This document shows positions 54,880 through 64,000 of a stretch of DNA of 64,000 nt, in pieces. The DNA is taken from positions 60,899-124,898 of the IMG/VR virus record IMGVR_UViG_3300031463_000001, one strand, 5' to 3'. Each line of letters opens with the position of its first letter. Position 1 is the stretch's first letter. Below the pieces are notes generated by a model. It was not told where the DNA came from. It saw only the letters and a list, made by a program, of their open reading frames with translations, and ran no database searches. This DNA is from a virus. The position numbers were made by a program, and so were the translations under genes.

Positions 54880-55596
54880 ATGGCTAGAAAGAAATTTCCG
54901 CAAGAAGTTGATTTTTTTGTAAGAGATTATATAAAGTCTAATAAAGAAGTTGATTTTTTGAATTTGTATTATATTGTTAGAGATAAATATTATAGTCAAT
55001 TTAAAAAATTCCCTAATTTAGATGAGTTCAAATTGATGATGTCTAAACTTATCCAAGATGTAAAAAGTACTCAAATTTTAGCAACTTCATCCGTTGAAAA
55101 TTTTAAAAATTCTGGTAATGAGAATAAGATTAGTTTAAATTCCATAGATGATATTTTGAAATTGAAAAATAAGATATTAACATCTGAGAATGATGCTTTT
55201 GATAAAAAAGAAGCTTTAGAACTTATTATAAGTACAATAATAACTAGAATAAATAATTTAGAAGAAAATAATGAAGGATTTAATGATAAGGTAGAAATGT
55301 TAATTAGTAGATATTTAACAGAAATTAGACAGATAATAGTTGAGATGACTAAATTACAAAAGGAACTTCAAGAAGAAATTGATAATAAATTTCAGTTAAT
55401 ATTAGAGGGTTTATTAGTAGAATTTTTAGTTTATACCCTTTCTACATTAAAAGAGATTTATGGAGAAGATTCTAGAATGCAAATTACTTTAGATAAAATT
55501 AAAAAATATTGTAGAGAATCTGCTTCTATTTTATTAAAAAAAGTTGATTTTTCTAAGGTGGATATTAATAATTTAGGAGTAAAGTATGATCGATAA
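54880..55596 (+). CDS. Hypothetical helical protein
   Basis: 238-aa ORF in the operon. Confidence 0.65.
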   Translation: MARKKFPQEVDFFVRDYIKSNKEVDFLNLYYIVRDKYYSQFKKFPNLDEFKLMMSKLIQDVKSTQILATSSVENFKNSGNENKISLNSIDDILKLKNKILTSENDAFDKKEALELIISTIITRINNLEENNEGFNDKVEMLISRYLTEIRQIIVEMTKLQKELQEEIDNKFQLILEGLLVEFLVYTLSTLKEIYGEDSRMQITLDKIKKYCRESASILLKKVDFSKVDINNLGVKYDR

Positions 55597-55852
55597 TAAA
55601 AATGATTATTATTGGTTATCAATAATGGCAGATAGAAAAGCTCATGATTTTAATGAAATTGTTTGGTTTAGATGGAATTTGAATGAGAAAAAAGAAGATG
55701 TGCGTAAGTTGTTTTATAAATTTAAAAAAATGATGGAATATGGATGGATTAAATGTGATAATTTGGATAAACCTTATTATAGGCGTAATTTTATGTTAAC
55801 TGAAAAAGGCGGAGCTTATTTTGATGTTTTAAAACGTAAATTTCAAAAATAG
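55586..55852 (+). CDS. Small winged-helix-like protein
   Basis: M..YGWI...FMLTEKG wing motif. Confidence 0.55.
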   Translation: MIDNKNDYYWLSIMADRKAHDFNEIVWFRWNLNEKKEDVRKLFYKFKKMMEYGWIKCDNLDKPYYRRNFMLTEKGGAYFDVLKRKFQK

Positions 55853-55862
55853 GAGGTTTCAA

Positions 55863-57020
55863 ATGAGTAATTGGTTATTAGATTTATTAAGAGGAAAGTT
55901 TTATAGAGATGAAGGAGAAAAAATAGAAAAAATTGCTAAAAAAGAGAAAAAATTTGATGCTTGGTTAAACATAAAAGAAATAGATGATGAAGTAGCTCAA
56001 TGGAAAAAAGAAATGGTTGATCAAGTAAAAGATTTAGATAATTTTGTATTAGCCGAATTTTTAGCCGAAGAAGATTTAAAAGGTAAAGATGTTGAAGATT
56101 ATTCATTACTTTTTCAATCTTATTATAAAAAAGTGTTGAATAATAGAGAACAAATGGAAAAACTTTTACTTTCTAAATTGTTTGATGATAATCCTAATTA
56201 TATTCCTCAAATTTTTGATGAAAATGATGAGGGTGTGGCCAAAATAAAAAGAAAAGCAAATATTAAAGTTTCTCGTAGTGATGATGTATGGGAATTGCAA
56301 ATTAAAAATGAAAATGATAAAGTTTTGGTAAGAAAAATAACAGATGAAAATGAAAGAATTGATTTAGTTGAAAAAGATTTAATGAATGAAATGATTGAAA
56401 CAAAAGTTTCAGATGTAGAAAATGTAGTTAATAAGGTGGCTAAAGTAAATGGTGTTCTAAATGAAACAGTAGAAAATATTTTAAGAAGAGCTATATTAGA
56501 AAAAAAGATAGGTTTTTTTGATGAAAATATTTTAATGAAAGTTGGAAAAATTTTGAAAAGTTCACAGGATATACATAAGTGGGGATTTAACATTTCTTTA
56601 TTTGATGTTGATGATGTAATGTATAATAAAGTGAAAGGATTTGAATGTGAAAAAAGGGGTAATATAGTTGATGTATTTATTCCTGTTTCTAAAAAGAAAC
56701 CCTTAAATGATTTAACTTTGAAAGAATCTATAAAAAAATTGAATAGTAAAGATTTTTCTTTGAGGAGTAATAAATATGTAGATTATTATAAAAGATGTGT
56801 AAAAGCTGATGAAAATGAAATTTATAAGATATTAGAGGAATTGAAAGAGGACGGAGACGAAGAACTTTATAATCAGTTAATGTTTGATTTATCACAAGAT
56901 GAGATAATAGATATAAATGAAAGAGTTGAAGGAGAAGGATCCCCTATGGGATATTCAAGTATGGATGGTTCAGGTGTTTTTATTGAGCCTGCAAAAAAGA
57001 ATATATATGATGGGAGGTAA
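55863..57020 (+). CDS. Hypothetical, probable virion or head protein
   Basis: AGGAGG RBS; located in the operon leading to terminase. Confidence 0.6.
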   Translation: MSNWLLDLLRGKFYRDEGEKIEKIAKKEKKFDAWLNIKEIDDEVAQWKKEMVDQVKDLDNFVLAEFLAEEDLKGKDVEDYSLLFQSYYKKVLNNREQMEKLLLSKLFDDNPNYIPQIFDENDEGVAKIKRKANIKVSRSDDVWELQIKNENDKVLVRKITDENERIDLVEKDLMNEMIETKVSDVENVVNKVAKVNGVLNETVENILRRAILEKKIGFFDENILMKVGKILKSSQDIHKWGFNISLFDVDDVMYNKVKGFECEKRGNIVDVFIPVSKKKPLNDLTLKESIKKLNSKDFSLRSNKYVDYYKRCVKADENEIYKILEELKEDGDEELYNQLMFDLSQDEIIDINERVEGEGSPMGYSSMDGSGVFIEPAKKNIYDGR

Positions 57021-57755
57021 ATGATGGATGATGTTAAAGAAGAAAATAAATTTATTAATCCACCCAATATAACTAAAACTAGAATTATTAGATTTGATAA
57101 TCAAAAAAATGTTTGGGTTGTTTATGTTAATGTAAAAGAACAATATATGTTTGGTACAGAAGGAGAAGCAATTGCATTTTTGAAACAAGCTTATTCTTGT
57201 CCTCATATTAGAGTTATAGGAAGTTATAGGGACAAGAGTAGTTTAAGGTTGGGGCATCTTTATGAGATATTAAAAGTATATAATAATATAGTGAAAGCTC
57301 GTTCTTTACATAGTGGAAAGATTGAATATTTGAATAGGAAGGATGTAAAAGTGTATCCCTTATTTTTAAAAAGAGTTATAAACGCTACTGTTAATTCAAT
57401 TAAAAATTTTAGATTTAATTTAGGTGATTCAGTAGCTATTATCAAGAATGTATTTTTGAATGGATTATCTTATAAACAAAAATCGGGTATAGTATCAGAC
57501 AGATGGATAAATTTTGAGAAATTTGAACCTGTTAATTATTATAGAGTAGATGTAGAAGGTTTAAATTCAATTAATGTACCAGAATCATTTTTAGTAAAAT
57601 ATACAATACGAAAAAAGGCTTCTGTGAAATATATGGATTTTGATAGTAAAGAAGTAAAAGAAATAAGTGAATTTGGTTTAACAGATGAAACTAACTTACC
57701 TGATGAAGTTACAAAGGATGGTAAAAAATATAAAAAAATTGTTGTTTCAGACTAG
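57021..57755 (+). CDS. Hypothetical protein with SH3-like beta segments
   Basis: FNLGDSV...G.V...Y.V...VPE..L pattern. Confidence 0.6.
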   Translation: MMDDVKEENKFINPPNITKTRIIRFDNQKNVWVVYVNVKEQYMFGTEGEAIAFLKQAYSCPHIRVIGSYRDKSSLRLGHLYEILKVYNNIVKARSLHSGKIEYLNRKDVKVYPLFLKRVINATVNSIKNFRFNLGDSVAIIKNVFLNGLSYKQKSGIVSDRWINFEKFEPVNYYRVDVEGLNSINVPESFLVKYTIRKKASVKYMDFDSKEVKEISEFGLTDETNLPDEVTKDGKKYKKIVVSD

Positions 57756-57761
57756 GAGGTA

Positions 57762-58163
57762 ATGATGCGTGTTCTTAAAGCAAAAAAAGAAATTGATTTA
57801 TTGAGTAAGGTTAGTTTTAAAGGAAAGATTGGAAGAGTTGTTGGAATTTCTCCTGCTTTAGTTACAGTTGCTTTTAGGGATGGAGAGGTGAAAACTTTAA
57901 GTAGAGAAGATATTTTACCAGGAGAAGAAGAATTTGAAATTAAAGAACCTGTTAAGATTTTAGTAGATGGAGATTTTTATGATGGGATGATAATTAAACG
58001 ATTAAAAGATAATTTGTATTTAGTAATAATGGAGGGTAATCAATTTGTATCTGATGGGGAATTTTTAGATAAGTTAAGAAAATATACAGGACCATTTGAT
58101 GGTTGGAATGATACAAATTTAGGAAAAGATGAGTATAAAGATTATTGGAAAGAACCCCATTAA
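57762..58163 (+). CDS. Hypothetical protein with tandem SH3/Tudor-like segments
   Basis: V.F.G..G.V...VTV.F.DG; AGGAGG RBS. Confidence 0.6.
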   Translation: MMRVLKAKKEIDLLSKVSFKGKIGRVVGISPALVTVAFRDGEVKTLSREDILPGEEEFEIKEPVKILVDGDFYDGMIIKRLKDNLYLVIMEGNQFVSDGEFLDKLRKYTGPFDGWNDTNLGKDEYKDYWKEPH

Positions 58164-58185
58164 ATTTTTTTAGAAAGGAGGAGAA

Positions 58186-58395
58186 ATGATAGGAAATGTT
58201 TATAAGAAGTTAGAAAACTTAAAGTGTTATAATTGTAGAACAGACTTGACTCCAGAAACTATAAAGAAAATTAGTTTGTCTGAAGGGAGGGCAACTTTAT
58301 TTTGTCCTAATTGTAATTGTTTTTTAGGTTTGTTAGATGCAACTAATAATTCTCAACTAAAACCTAAAAATAAGTCAAATAAGTTGAAAAAATAA
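58186..58395 (+). CDS. Zinc-ribbon protein
   Basis: CYNC...CPNC; AGGAGG RBS. Confidence 0.65.
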   Translation: MIGNVYKKLENLKCYNCRTDLTPETIKKISLSEGRATLFCPNCNCFLGLLDATNNSQLKPKNKSNKLKK

Positions 58396-61224
58396 ATGAT
58401 TTTTTTAAAGCGTGGTATTTATTTTAAATTAAAGGATTTTCCTTTTTTGGTTAAGGATATTGATTATAATTTTAGTGTACCTGATATAAGTTTTGTTAAA
58501 AAACTTTCTTTTATATTGAGGAAACATTTTAATTTACCAATAATACATTCAAATATAGAAGATTTTTTTATCAATACTAATAACATAGGAGAAAGTGAAT
58601 TTTTAATTTCGTTTCCAAATTTAGTTTTAATGAAAAAAAGTGATTTTTCTCCTACTTTAGCTATTTCTCCAGTTTATGATTTAGAGATAACCATGCCTAT
58701 TGATGTAATGTATTCTGATGAAAAAAATGATACTGAAAAAAGTTATACTATTCCAGATTTTGTAGAACATCGAGATTTTGATTTAGAGGGGATGTCTGAA
58801 TTAAGCTTATTATATGAAATTTATACGAAAAATAACTCAACTGATTTTGTTTTAAAAATTTTAAGGGATGAGGATGATTTTGTATACTTTAGTTTGAATA
58901 AAGATAATGAAAAAATAAGTCTGAAAAAAATAGATTTAGAAAATGAGGATAAATTACATTTAATAGATAAAGGTTGGATGAAATTTGTAAATAAAGGATT
59001 TATTAGATTTTTTGGTCATTTTTTGAATGGAAAATTTACAATAGATAAGAAAAATGAGATTTTTGTTTTAGATAAAGTAGCTCGACAACCTAACACTACT
59101 TGGGAAATTAATGAACCTTATGCACCTTTGGAGTGGGCATTTCCTGCAAATGTATCAAGTGATAAGAGTTTATATTTACAGGTGTGGCCTTATCAATGGG
59201 CTAAATATCCAGGAGAAAATATACTTTCAACATTATTAGAGTTAATGAGAACTTTAGGAGATAAAAGTTTAGAAGAAAAAGTACCTGATAAGAAAAAAGT
59301 AAAAAAAATAGATGATGTTGAAGATTTTTTAAAAGAAATGAATAAAGAAGGAAGTATTTGTTGGTATACATGGAAAAATGGTTATAGTGATAAAACTACA
59401 TTTAAAAATTTTTTAAAAGGTTGGTTAATAAAAAAAGCAGATGAAAAAGATTTAACGAGATTAACCGATAAAGATAAAGTTAAATTTTATAATGAAGTTA
59501 AAATGGTAAGGGATGAACTTCAGAAAAAATTTGATGGAACCGAATTAAAATCAGAATTATTTAAACGTCTAAAAATTACATTTCCTGATTTAAAAGATGA
59601 AACTATTTTTAGGGCAATTGATAAAATAATGAAAGAAGCTAATGTTTATGAAGATAAAGAACAGCCAGTAATATTAGGAGATGATTATGGAACGGAGTTA
59701 TTTCCTCATCATGATTTTCCAGAAAATACTAATGATGTTAAGATAGATATACCTTTTCATTTAGATGAGCTTGATAGGAGTTATATTTTTGATTTACCTA
59801 CTGCAGGAGCTTATTTGATTGCTCTTCCTAATGGAGATCAATTTATAGTGGATGAAAAAGATTTAGAATTATTTAAAAAGAAAAGTTTAAAGAAAAAATT
59901 AAGTAAACAAGTGATAGAAGCAATTAAAAAAATAGGTGAAGAGAAAAAAGAAGAAAAACCTGTAATACCTTCGATAACTCAAAGAGTTAGAAAGCTTTTA
60001 GATCCTTTGAGAGAGAAAGTATGGAAGGCTAAGGGTGAAAGGATATCTGCGACAACATTTGATGAAGAGGAAATAGAAAAAAATTTAGGACTTGTAATAG
60101 ATACGGGTGATCCTCTTTATGTTAATGCAATATTGGTTTCTGTAAAGGGTGAAAAAGTTGAAAAGAATTCAGAAGGTAAACCTTATTGGATTATACCTTT
60201 AGAGATTGGGATAGCTTTTGAAAAAAATATTCAACAGTATACAGGGGAAGTTTGGGTGTCTTTTTCAAAATTGAAAGATGAAGAAGATTTTTCATTTAAT
60301 TTTAATATTGATGAAGTTGAAGTTTTTGTTATGTTGAAAGGATGGAGGGGATTAGGAAAAATATTGGAAGCATTATATAATCAATTAAGAGAAATTAAAA
60401 GAATATATCCTAAAACTAATCTTCCAGATTTTAAAATGACATTTAGATTTAATATATTAGGAAAAGAAAGTGAGGAAACAGTAGATCGTATTAGGTCTGA
60501 AATAGAAAAGGACGCTAGAGATCTTTTTGAAGAAACGTTAAAATATGTTTTAAAAAGTGAAAAAAATAAATTAGAGGAGTTTGAAAAAATTTTAGAGGGA
60601 ATAAAAAGATTAAAGAAGGAAGTAAATATTCGAATAGAAGTAACGGAAAAAGAAAAATCAGATTTTTTAATATCTTTTTTGGTAAATGTTACTTTACCTC
60701 AAAAAACTTTTGAAATACCTTTAAATTTTTCTTTAAAGCCAGTATCTTCTTCCTCTTTAATTGAGATAGATGGGATAAAAGTTGGGGTTGAAATAGGAAA
60801 TACAAAAGAGTTTGGTGACTTTTTGGAAGGAGTTATTAAAGAGAAACTTGAAATATATAAAACTTATGGAGTTTTGACTAAAATAAATGTGAATATTTAT
60901 GCTCCATCAGAAACAACAACTATTGAATTAACATCGGGTGATCCTTTAAAAGAAATATTTAATAAGATTATTGAGTTAGTAAAAAAAGATTTAATAAAAA
61001 CGTGGGGAGAAACACTTAAAGGAAAACAAGAAATGCAAAAAATGGTGGCAGAGGGTAAAAAAATTACACCTAAGGAATGGGTAAAAGAACAATTAGGTGA
61101 GGATAAATTTACAGAATTAGAAAAAGAAATAGGTTCAAAAGGATATTATGTTGATGAAGTAACAAATTTAATGATTCAAGAGTATCCACTTGATGAAAAA
61201 TTTTACTTGGTCACAAAAAGGTAG
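58396..61224 (+). CDS. Large hypothetical protein (942 aa), probable virion protein
   Basis: Long ORF in the late-type operon; no recognisable motif. Confidence 0.65.
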   Translation: MIFLKRGIYFKLKDFPFLVKDIDYNFSVPDISFVKKLSFILRKHFNLPIIHSNIEDFFINTNNIGESEFLISFPNLVLMKKSDFSPTLAISPVYDLEITMPIDVMYSDEKNDTEKSYTIPDFVEHRDFDLEGMSELSLLYEIYTKNNSTDFVLKILRDEDDFVYFSLNKDNEKISLKKIDLENEDKLHLIDKGWMKFVNKGFIRFFGHFLNGKFTIDKKNEIFVLDKVARQPNTTWEINEPYAPLEWAFPANVSSDKSLYLQVWPYQWAKYPGENILSTLLELMRTLGDKSLEEKVPDKKKVKKIDDVEDFLKEMNKEGSICWYTWKNGYSDKTTFKNFLKGWLIKKADEKDLTRLTDKDKVKFYNEVKMVRDELQKKFDGTELKSELFKRLKITFPDLKDETIFRAIDKIMKEANVYEDKEQPVILGDDYGTELFPHHDFPENTNDVKIDIPFHLDELDRSYIFDLPTAGAYLIALPNGDQFIVDEKDLELFKKKSLKKKLSKQVIEAIKKIGEEKKEEKPVIPSITQRVRKLLDPLREKVWKAKGERISATTFDEEEIEKNLGLVIDTGDPLYVNAILVSVKGEKVEKNSEGKPYWIIPLEIGIAFEKNIQQYTGEVWVSFSKLKDEEDFSFNFNIDEVEVFVMLKGWRGLGKILEALYNQLREIKRIYPKTNLPDFKMTFRFNILGKESEETVDRIRSEIEKDARDLFEETLKYVLKSEKNKLEEFEKILEGIKRLKKEVNIRIEVTEKEKSDFLISFLVNVTLPQKTFEIPLNFSLKPVSSSSLIEIDGIKVGVEIGNTKEFGDFLEGVIKEKLEIYKTYGVLTKINVNIYAPSETTTIELTSGDPLKEIFNKIIELVKKDLIKTWGETLKGKQEMQKMVAEGKKITPKEWVKEQLGEDKFTELEKEIGSKGYYVDEVTNLMIQEYPLDEKFYLVTKR

Positions 61225-61234
61225 GAGGAATATT

Positions 61235-62314
61235 ATGAATATAAATCCAATTAGGTTTCTTAAAGAAAAACTAGTTTTTCAAGAAAAGGAGAAAGAAAAT
61301 ATTGAGTTATCTCAAGTTTCAAGAATTATTTATAATAAGATACTTCCTAATTTTCCTTCTTTTAAGCTGGTAGATTTAGTTAAAAAAAGTGAAACTGAAT
61401 TTGAAGGAGTAGGAAGGTTTTTATTTAAAAGAGCTTCACATCTAGTAAAATTTGCAGTTAAAAAAGAAGATAATGAAGTAAAAATTGATGTAGATAAAAT
61501 AAAAGAAACTTTAGATAATGTATCTGAATCTTACCCAAATGAGTTTAGTTTAAGTAATTATTTGAAAGAAAATGAAAATTCTTTAGAGGAAATATTAAAA
61601 GAAGTAGCTACTTCTAAAGAATATTTAATAAAACCTGATGATGAATTTAAAGGTATTCCTAGGATTATAAAATTCTTTTTTGAGGAAACTTTAACTAAAA
61701 AAGGAAATATAGAAAAGGATGATTTAAAGAAATTAATTAATGATATATTTATTAATGAAAATTATTTAGTTGATCCAGGAGAAATAAAAGAAGTTATTGC
61801 TAAATCTAAAAAGACACCTAAAAATAAAAAAATTGATATGTTTAAGAGAGAATTGCCTTATGATTTAACTACTGATGAGGGAGAAGTTAAAAAAGTTAAA
61901 GCAGTAGTTTATTCTAAAAAAGAACAACCTGAATCAGAAGATGATATTTCTTTAGTTTTTGAGGGAGAGAGTTTAAATAAAGATGATTTAGATTTCTATA
62001 ATGAGTATTATGCATTTGATTCCCGAATAAAGGGGGATGTATTGAATAAAGTTAAGAAAGTTGCATCAGGAACAATTTCAGTACCTTGGGGATATTTATC
62101 TCCTGTAATTAGGTTAAATAAAGATTTTTTGCCTCCAGATTTGGAAGAAGGAGATGTGATTGAAGTAGATGGATTTAATTTAAAATTGATAAATAAAAAA
62201 GAGAACTTATTATCTACTAAACCTCAAGATGAAGGTAGTTATTGGGTTTTTGAAGTAGTAAGTTCAGTAAGTGAAGATAAAGTAAAAGATAAGAAACAAA
62301 TAAATAATTTGTGA
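61235..62314 (+). CDS. Hypothetical protein
   Basis: AGGAGG RBS before ATG 61235 (MNINPIRF). Confidence 0.65.
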   Translation: MNINPIRFLKEKLVFQEKEKENIELSQVSRIIYNKILPNFPSFKLVDLVKKSETEFEGVGRFLFKRASHLVKFAVKKEDNEVKIDVDKIKETLDNVSESYPNEFSLSNYLKENENSLEEILKEVATSKEYLIKPDDEFKGIPRIIKFFFEETLTKKGNIEKDDLKKLINDIFINENYLVDPGEIKEVIAKSKKTPKNKKIDMFKRELPYDLTTDEGEVKKVKAVVYSKKEQPESEDDISLVFEGESLNKDDLDFYNEYYAFDSRIKGDVLNKVKKVASGTISVPWGYLSPVIRLNKDFLPPDLEEGDVIEVDGFNLKLINKKENLLSTKPQDEGSYWVFEVVSSVSEDKVKDKKQINNL

Positions 62315-62322
62315 GGAGGTAG

Positions 62323-62859
62323 ATGATGGAAAAAATTGAATTAAATGAAAAATTTTTAATAATGAAAAATAATGATGTATTTAATGTAGAACTTTTGTTA
62401 AAATATTTTGGAGATTTTTTTAGAGTAATGTTGATAGACTCTACTACAGAAGAGATATTAATTTCTAAAATATTTGAAGATAAAGAAGAAGCTTTATCTT
62501 TTTTTTATGAGATTCAAGCTAAATTAAAAGAAATTAAGGATTATATTTTAGATAATAAAGAGGATAAAGCAGGAGCACTTTCTAAAAAATTAATGGATTT
62601 TTCAAAGAGTTTGGAAGATGAAATTATTTCTCCTCATGAACTTAGTTTGGAAGATGAAGAAGAAAAAGATTTAAAAGAGAATGCATCTTTTTTAGGTTCG
62701 TTAAGTAAAAAAGGTTATTTTTTTGATATGTATAAAAAAGATAAAAATGTGATAGGTATACTTTTTAAAGGAAAAAATGTTGTTGAATTGAAAAAAATAA
62801 ATTCTATTAAGTTTAATGATATTGAAGATGCTCAAATCTTTTTTGAAAATTTAAAATGA
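62323..62859 (+). CDS. Hypothetical protein just upstream of terminase
   Basis: AGGAGGT RBS; ATGA overlap with terL. Confidence 0.6.
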   Translation: MMEKIELNEKFLIMKNNDVFNVELLLKYFGDFFRVMLIDSTTEEILISKIFEDKEEALSFFYEIQAKLKEIKDYILDNKEDKAGALSKKLMDFSKSLEDEIISPHELSLEDEEEKDLKENASFLGSLSKKGYFFDMYKKDKNVIGILFKGKNVVELKKINSIKFNDIEDAQIFFENLK

Positions 62860-64000
62860 TTAATTATGAACTTTTAAGAGGATCATTTTATAAAGGACTA
62901 GATTTTCATTTAGATTATCTTTCTGATAATATAAAGTTAATAGAACACTATTTTAAAATAAAGTTGTATCCAAATCAACTTGAAATTATTCAAAGTATTC
63001 TTGACCCTAAAATAAAGTATATTTTGGTAATGCAAGCTCGAGGAGGAGGAAAAAGTTTTTCAGTTAGTTTAGGACTTTTGATTTTAAGTATATTTCATCC
63101 TAATTTAAGTATAGGAATTTTTGCACCCAAAGAAGATCAAGCTATTAGATTATTGAATATTATAAGGTCTTTTTTAGAAAATTCAAATTGTTTTTTTAGA
63201 AGTTTAATTGAAACTCGGAATATGTCGAGTACTAAATTACAATTAAAAAATGGATCTTATTTTTTGGCTATGTCAGCTCATGAACAGACTTTGCAAGAAG
63301 GATGGCATTTTTCAGTAATGTGTATAGATGAAGCAATGAGAGTTTCTGATGTTTCTATGACTACTCGATTATTACCTATGTTAGGAGCTGAAGAGAGAGT
63401 AAAATTAATAAAAGTAGGAATTCCTTTATTTAAGAATCATTTTTATAAAAGTGCTCAATCCTCTCAATATAAGAAATTAATCAGAAAATGGAATGAATGT
63501 GATAGATTACTAGAGAGTGGTTATGTAATGTATAAAGATGAAAAAGTTTCAAAATATGTATTAGATCGAATGCCTTTATCCTTTAAAATGAAATTTTTTC
63601 CAGATAAAAAAGAATTTCATTATGAAGGGGATATGAGTGAATTTGATTTTAAAATTCAATATAATATGGAATGGGCTGAAGATGTTTCGTTAGTTTTAAC
63701 AGGAGATGATTCGGAAAAACTTGTTGGAGATTTTTTACCTTTAGAAATGGGTAAGTCGGAACTTTACTTTTTTGGTTTAGATCCCGCTAGTGGAACTTTA
63801 GGACGAAAAGATAAAGAATTAGATTTTACTGCATTATGTATATGGAGATTGAATGGAGAAAGGTTTGAGAAAGTTTTTGCTAAAGAGTGGCAAGGAGATA
63901 TTTTACAACAAATAGAGGAAGTTAAAGATATTCTTACCAATAAATTTAAATGCAAGATGGGTTGTGTTGATTTTAGTAATGTAGGATCTGTTTTTGTAGA
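62856..64000 (+). CDS. terL: Terminase large subunit, partial (runs off the right edge)
   Basis: Not in the ORF track. MINYELL...LYPNQ, Walker A ARGGGKS, FAP..DQA, Walker B CIDEA, nuclease motif FGLDPA...DFTA. Confidence 0.88.
   Translation, partial: MINYELLRGSFYKGLDFHLDYLSDNIKLIEHYFKIKLYPNQLEIIQSILDPKIKYILVMQARGGGKSFSVSLGLLILSIFHPNLSIGIFAPKEDQAIRLLNIIRSFLENSNCFFRSLIETRNMSSTKLQLKNGSYFLAMSAHEQTLQEGWHFSVMCIDEAMRVSDVSMTTRLLPMLGAEERVKLIKVGIPLFKNHFYKSAQSSQYKKLIRKWNECDRLLESGYVMYKDEKVSKYVLDRMPLSFKMKFFPDKKEFHYEGDMSEFDFKIQYNMEWAEDVSLVLTGDDSEKLVGDFLPLEMGKSELYFFGLDPASGTLGRKDKELDFTALCIWRLNGERFEKVFAKEWQGDILQQIEEVKDILTNKFKCKMGCVDFSNVGSVFV

Noticed and set aside
1-64000. Archaeal virus or alternative genetic code
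   Set aside because: Gat-QueC, the Hjc-like resolvase and the RadA-like intein site look archaeal, but RecA, DnaB, DnaG, PolA, NusG, sigma-4 and alpha-CTD are bacterial. Conserved genes are full length in the standard code and use all three stop codons.

Overview
This window is a very AT-rich segment of a large tailed bacteriophage genome. Bacterial-type RecA, DnaB, DnaG, PolA, NusG and an alpha-CTD domain, plus GGAGG ribosome-binding sites, point to a bacterial host; the K/E-rich proteins suggest a thermophile (inference). About 1-32.9 kb is an accessory region dominated by about 24 paralogous genes. They share an N-cap (MNIxDLLKDP), variable numbers of a ~25-aa Tyr-rich helical repeat and a C-cap (EFLKDHPEVKL). 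They sit in translationally coupled arrays with near-identical 58-bp junctions and include three frameshifted copies, copies carrying extra domains (one an RNA polymerase alpha-CTD) and one collapsed empty cassette. The region also holds a solo TnpB insertion, Gat-QueC and a MoxR/vWA pair. A double-hairpin element at 15514-15615 has two loops and a linker antisense to the translation-initiation regions of MoxR and vWA. About 32.9-53 kb is a replication and nucleotide module: DnaB, split DnaG, intein-containing RecA, split SbcC with SbcD, UDG-PolA, class II RNR, dUTPase and a complete predicted 7-deazaguanine (dG+) DNA-modification pathway. From about 53 kb come unknown, probably virion, genes and a partial terminase large subunit. 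A recurring motif T(G/A)TCG-N5-GATTT precedes many repeat-family genes. All calls come from reading motifs by eye; no database searches were run.
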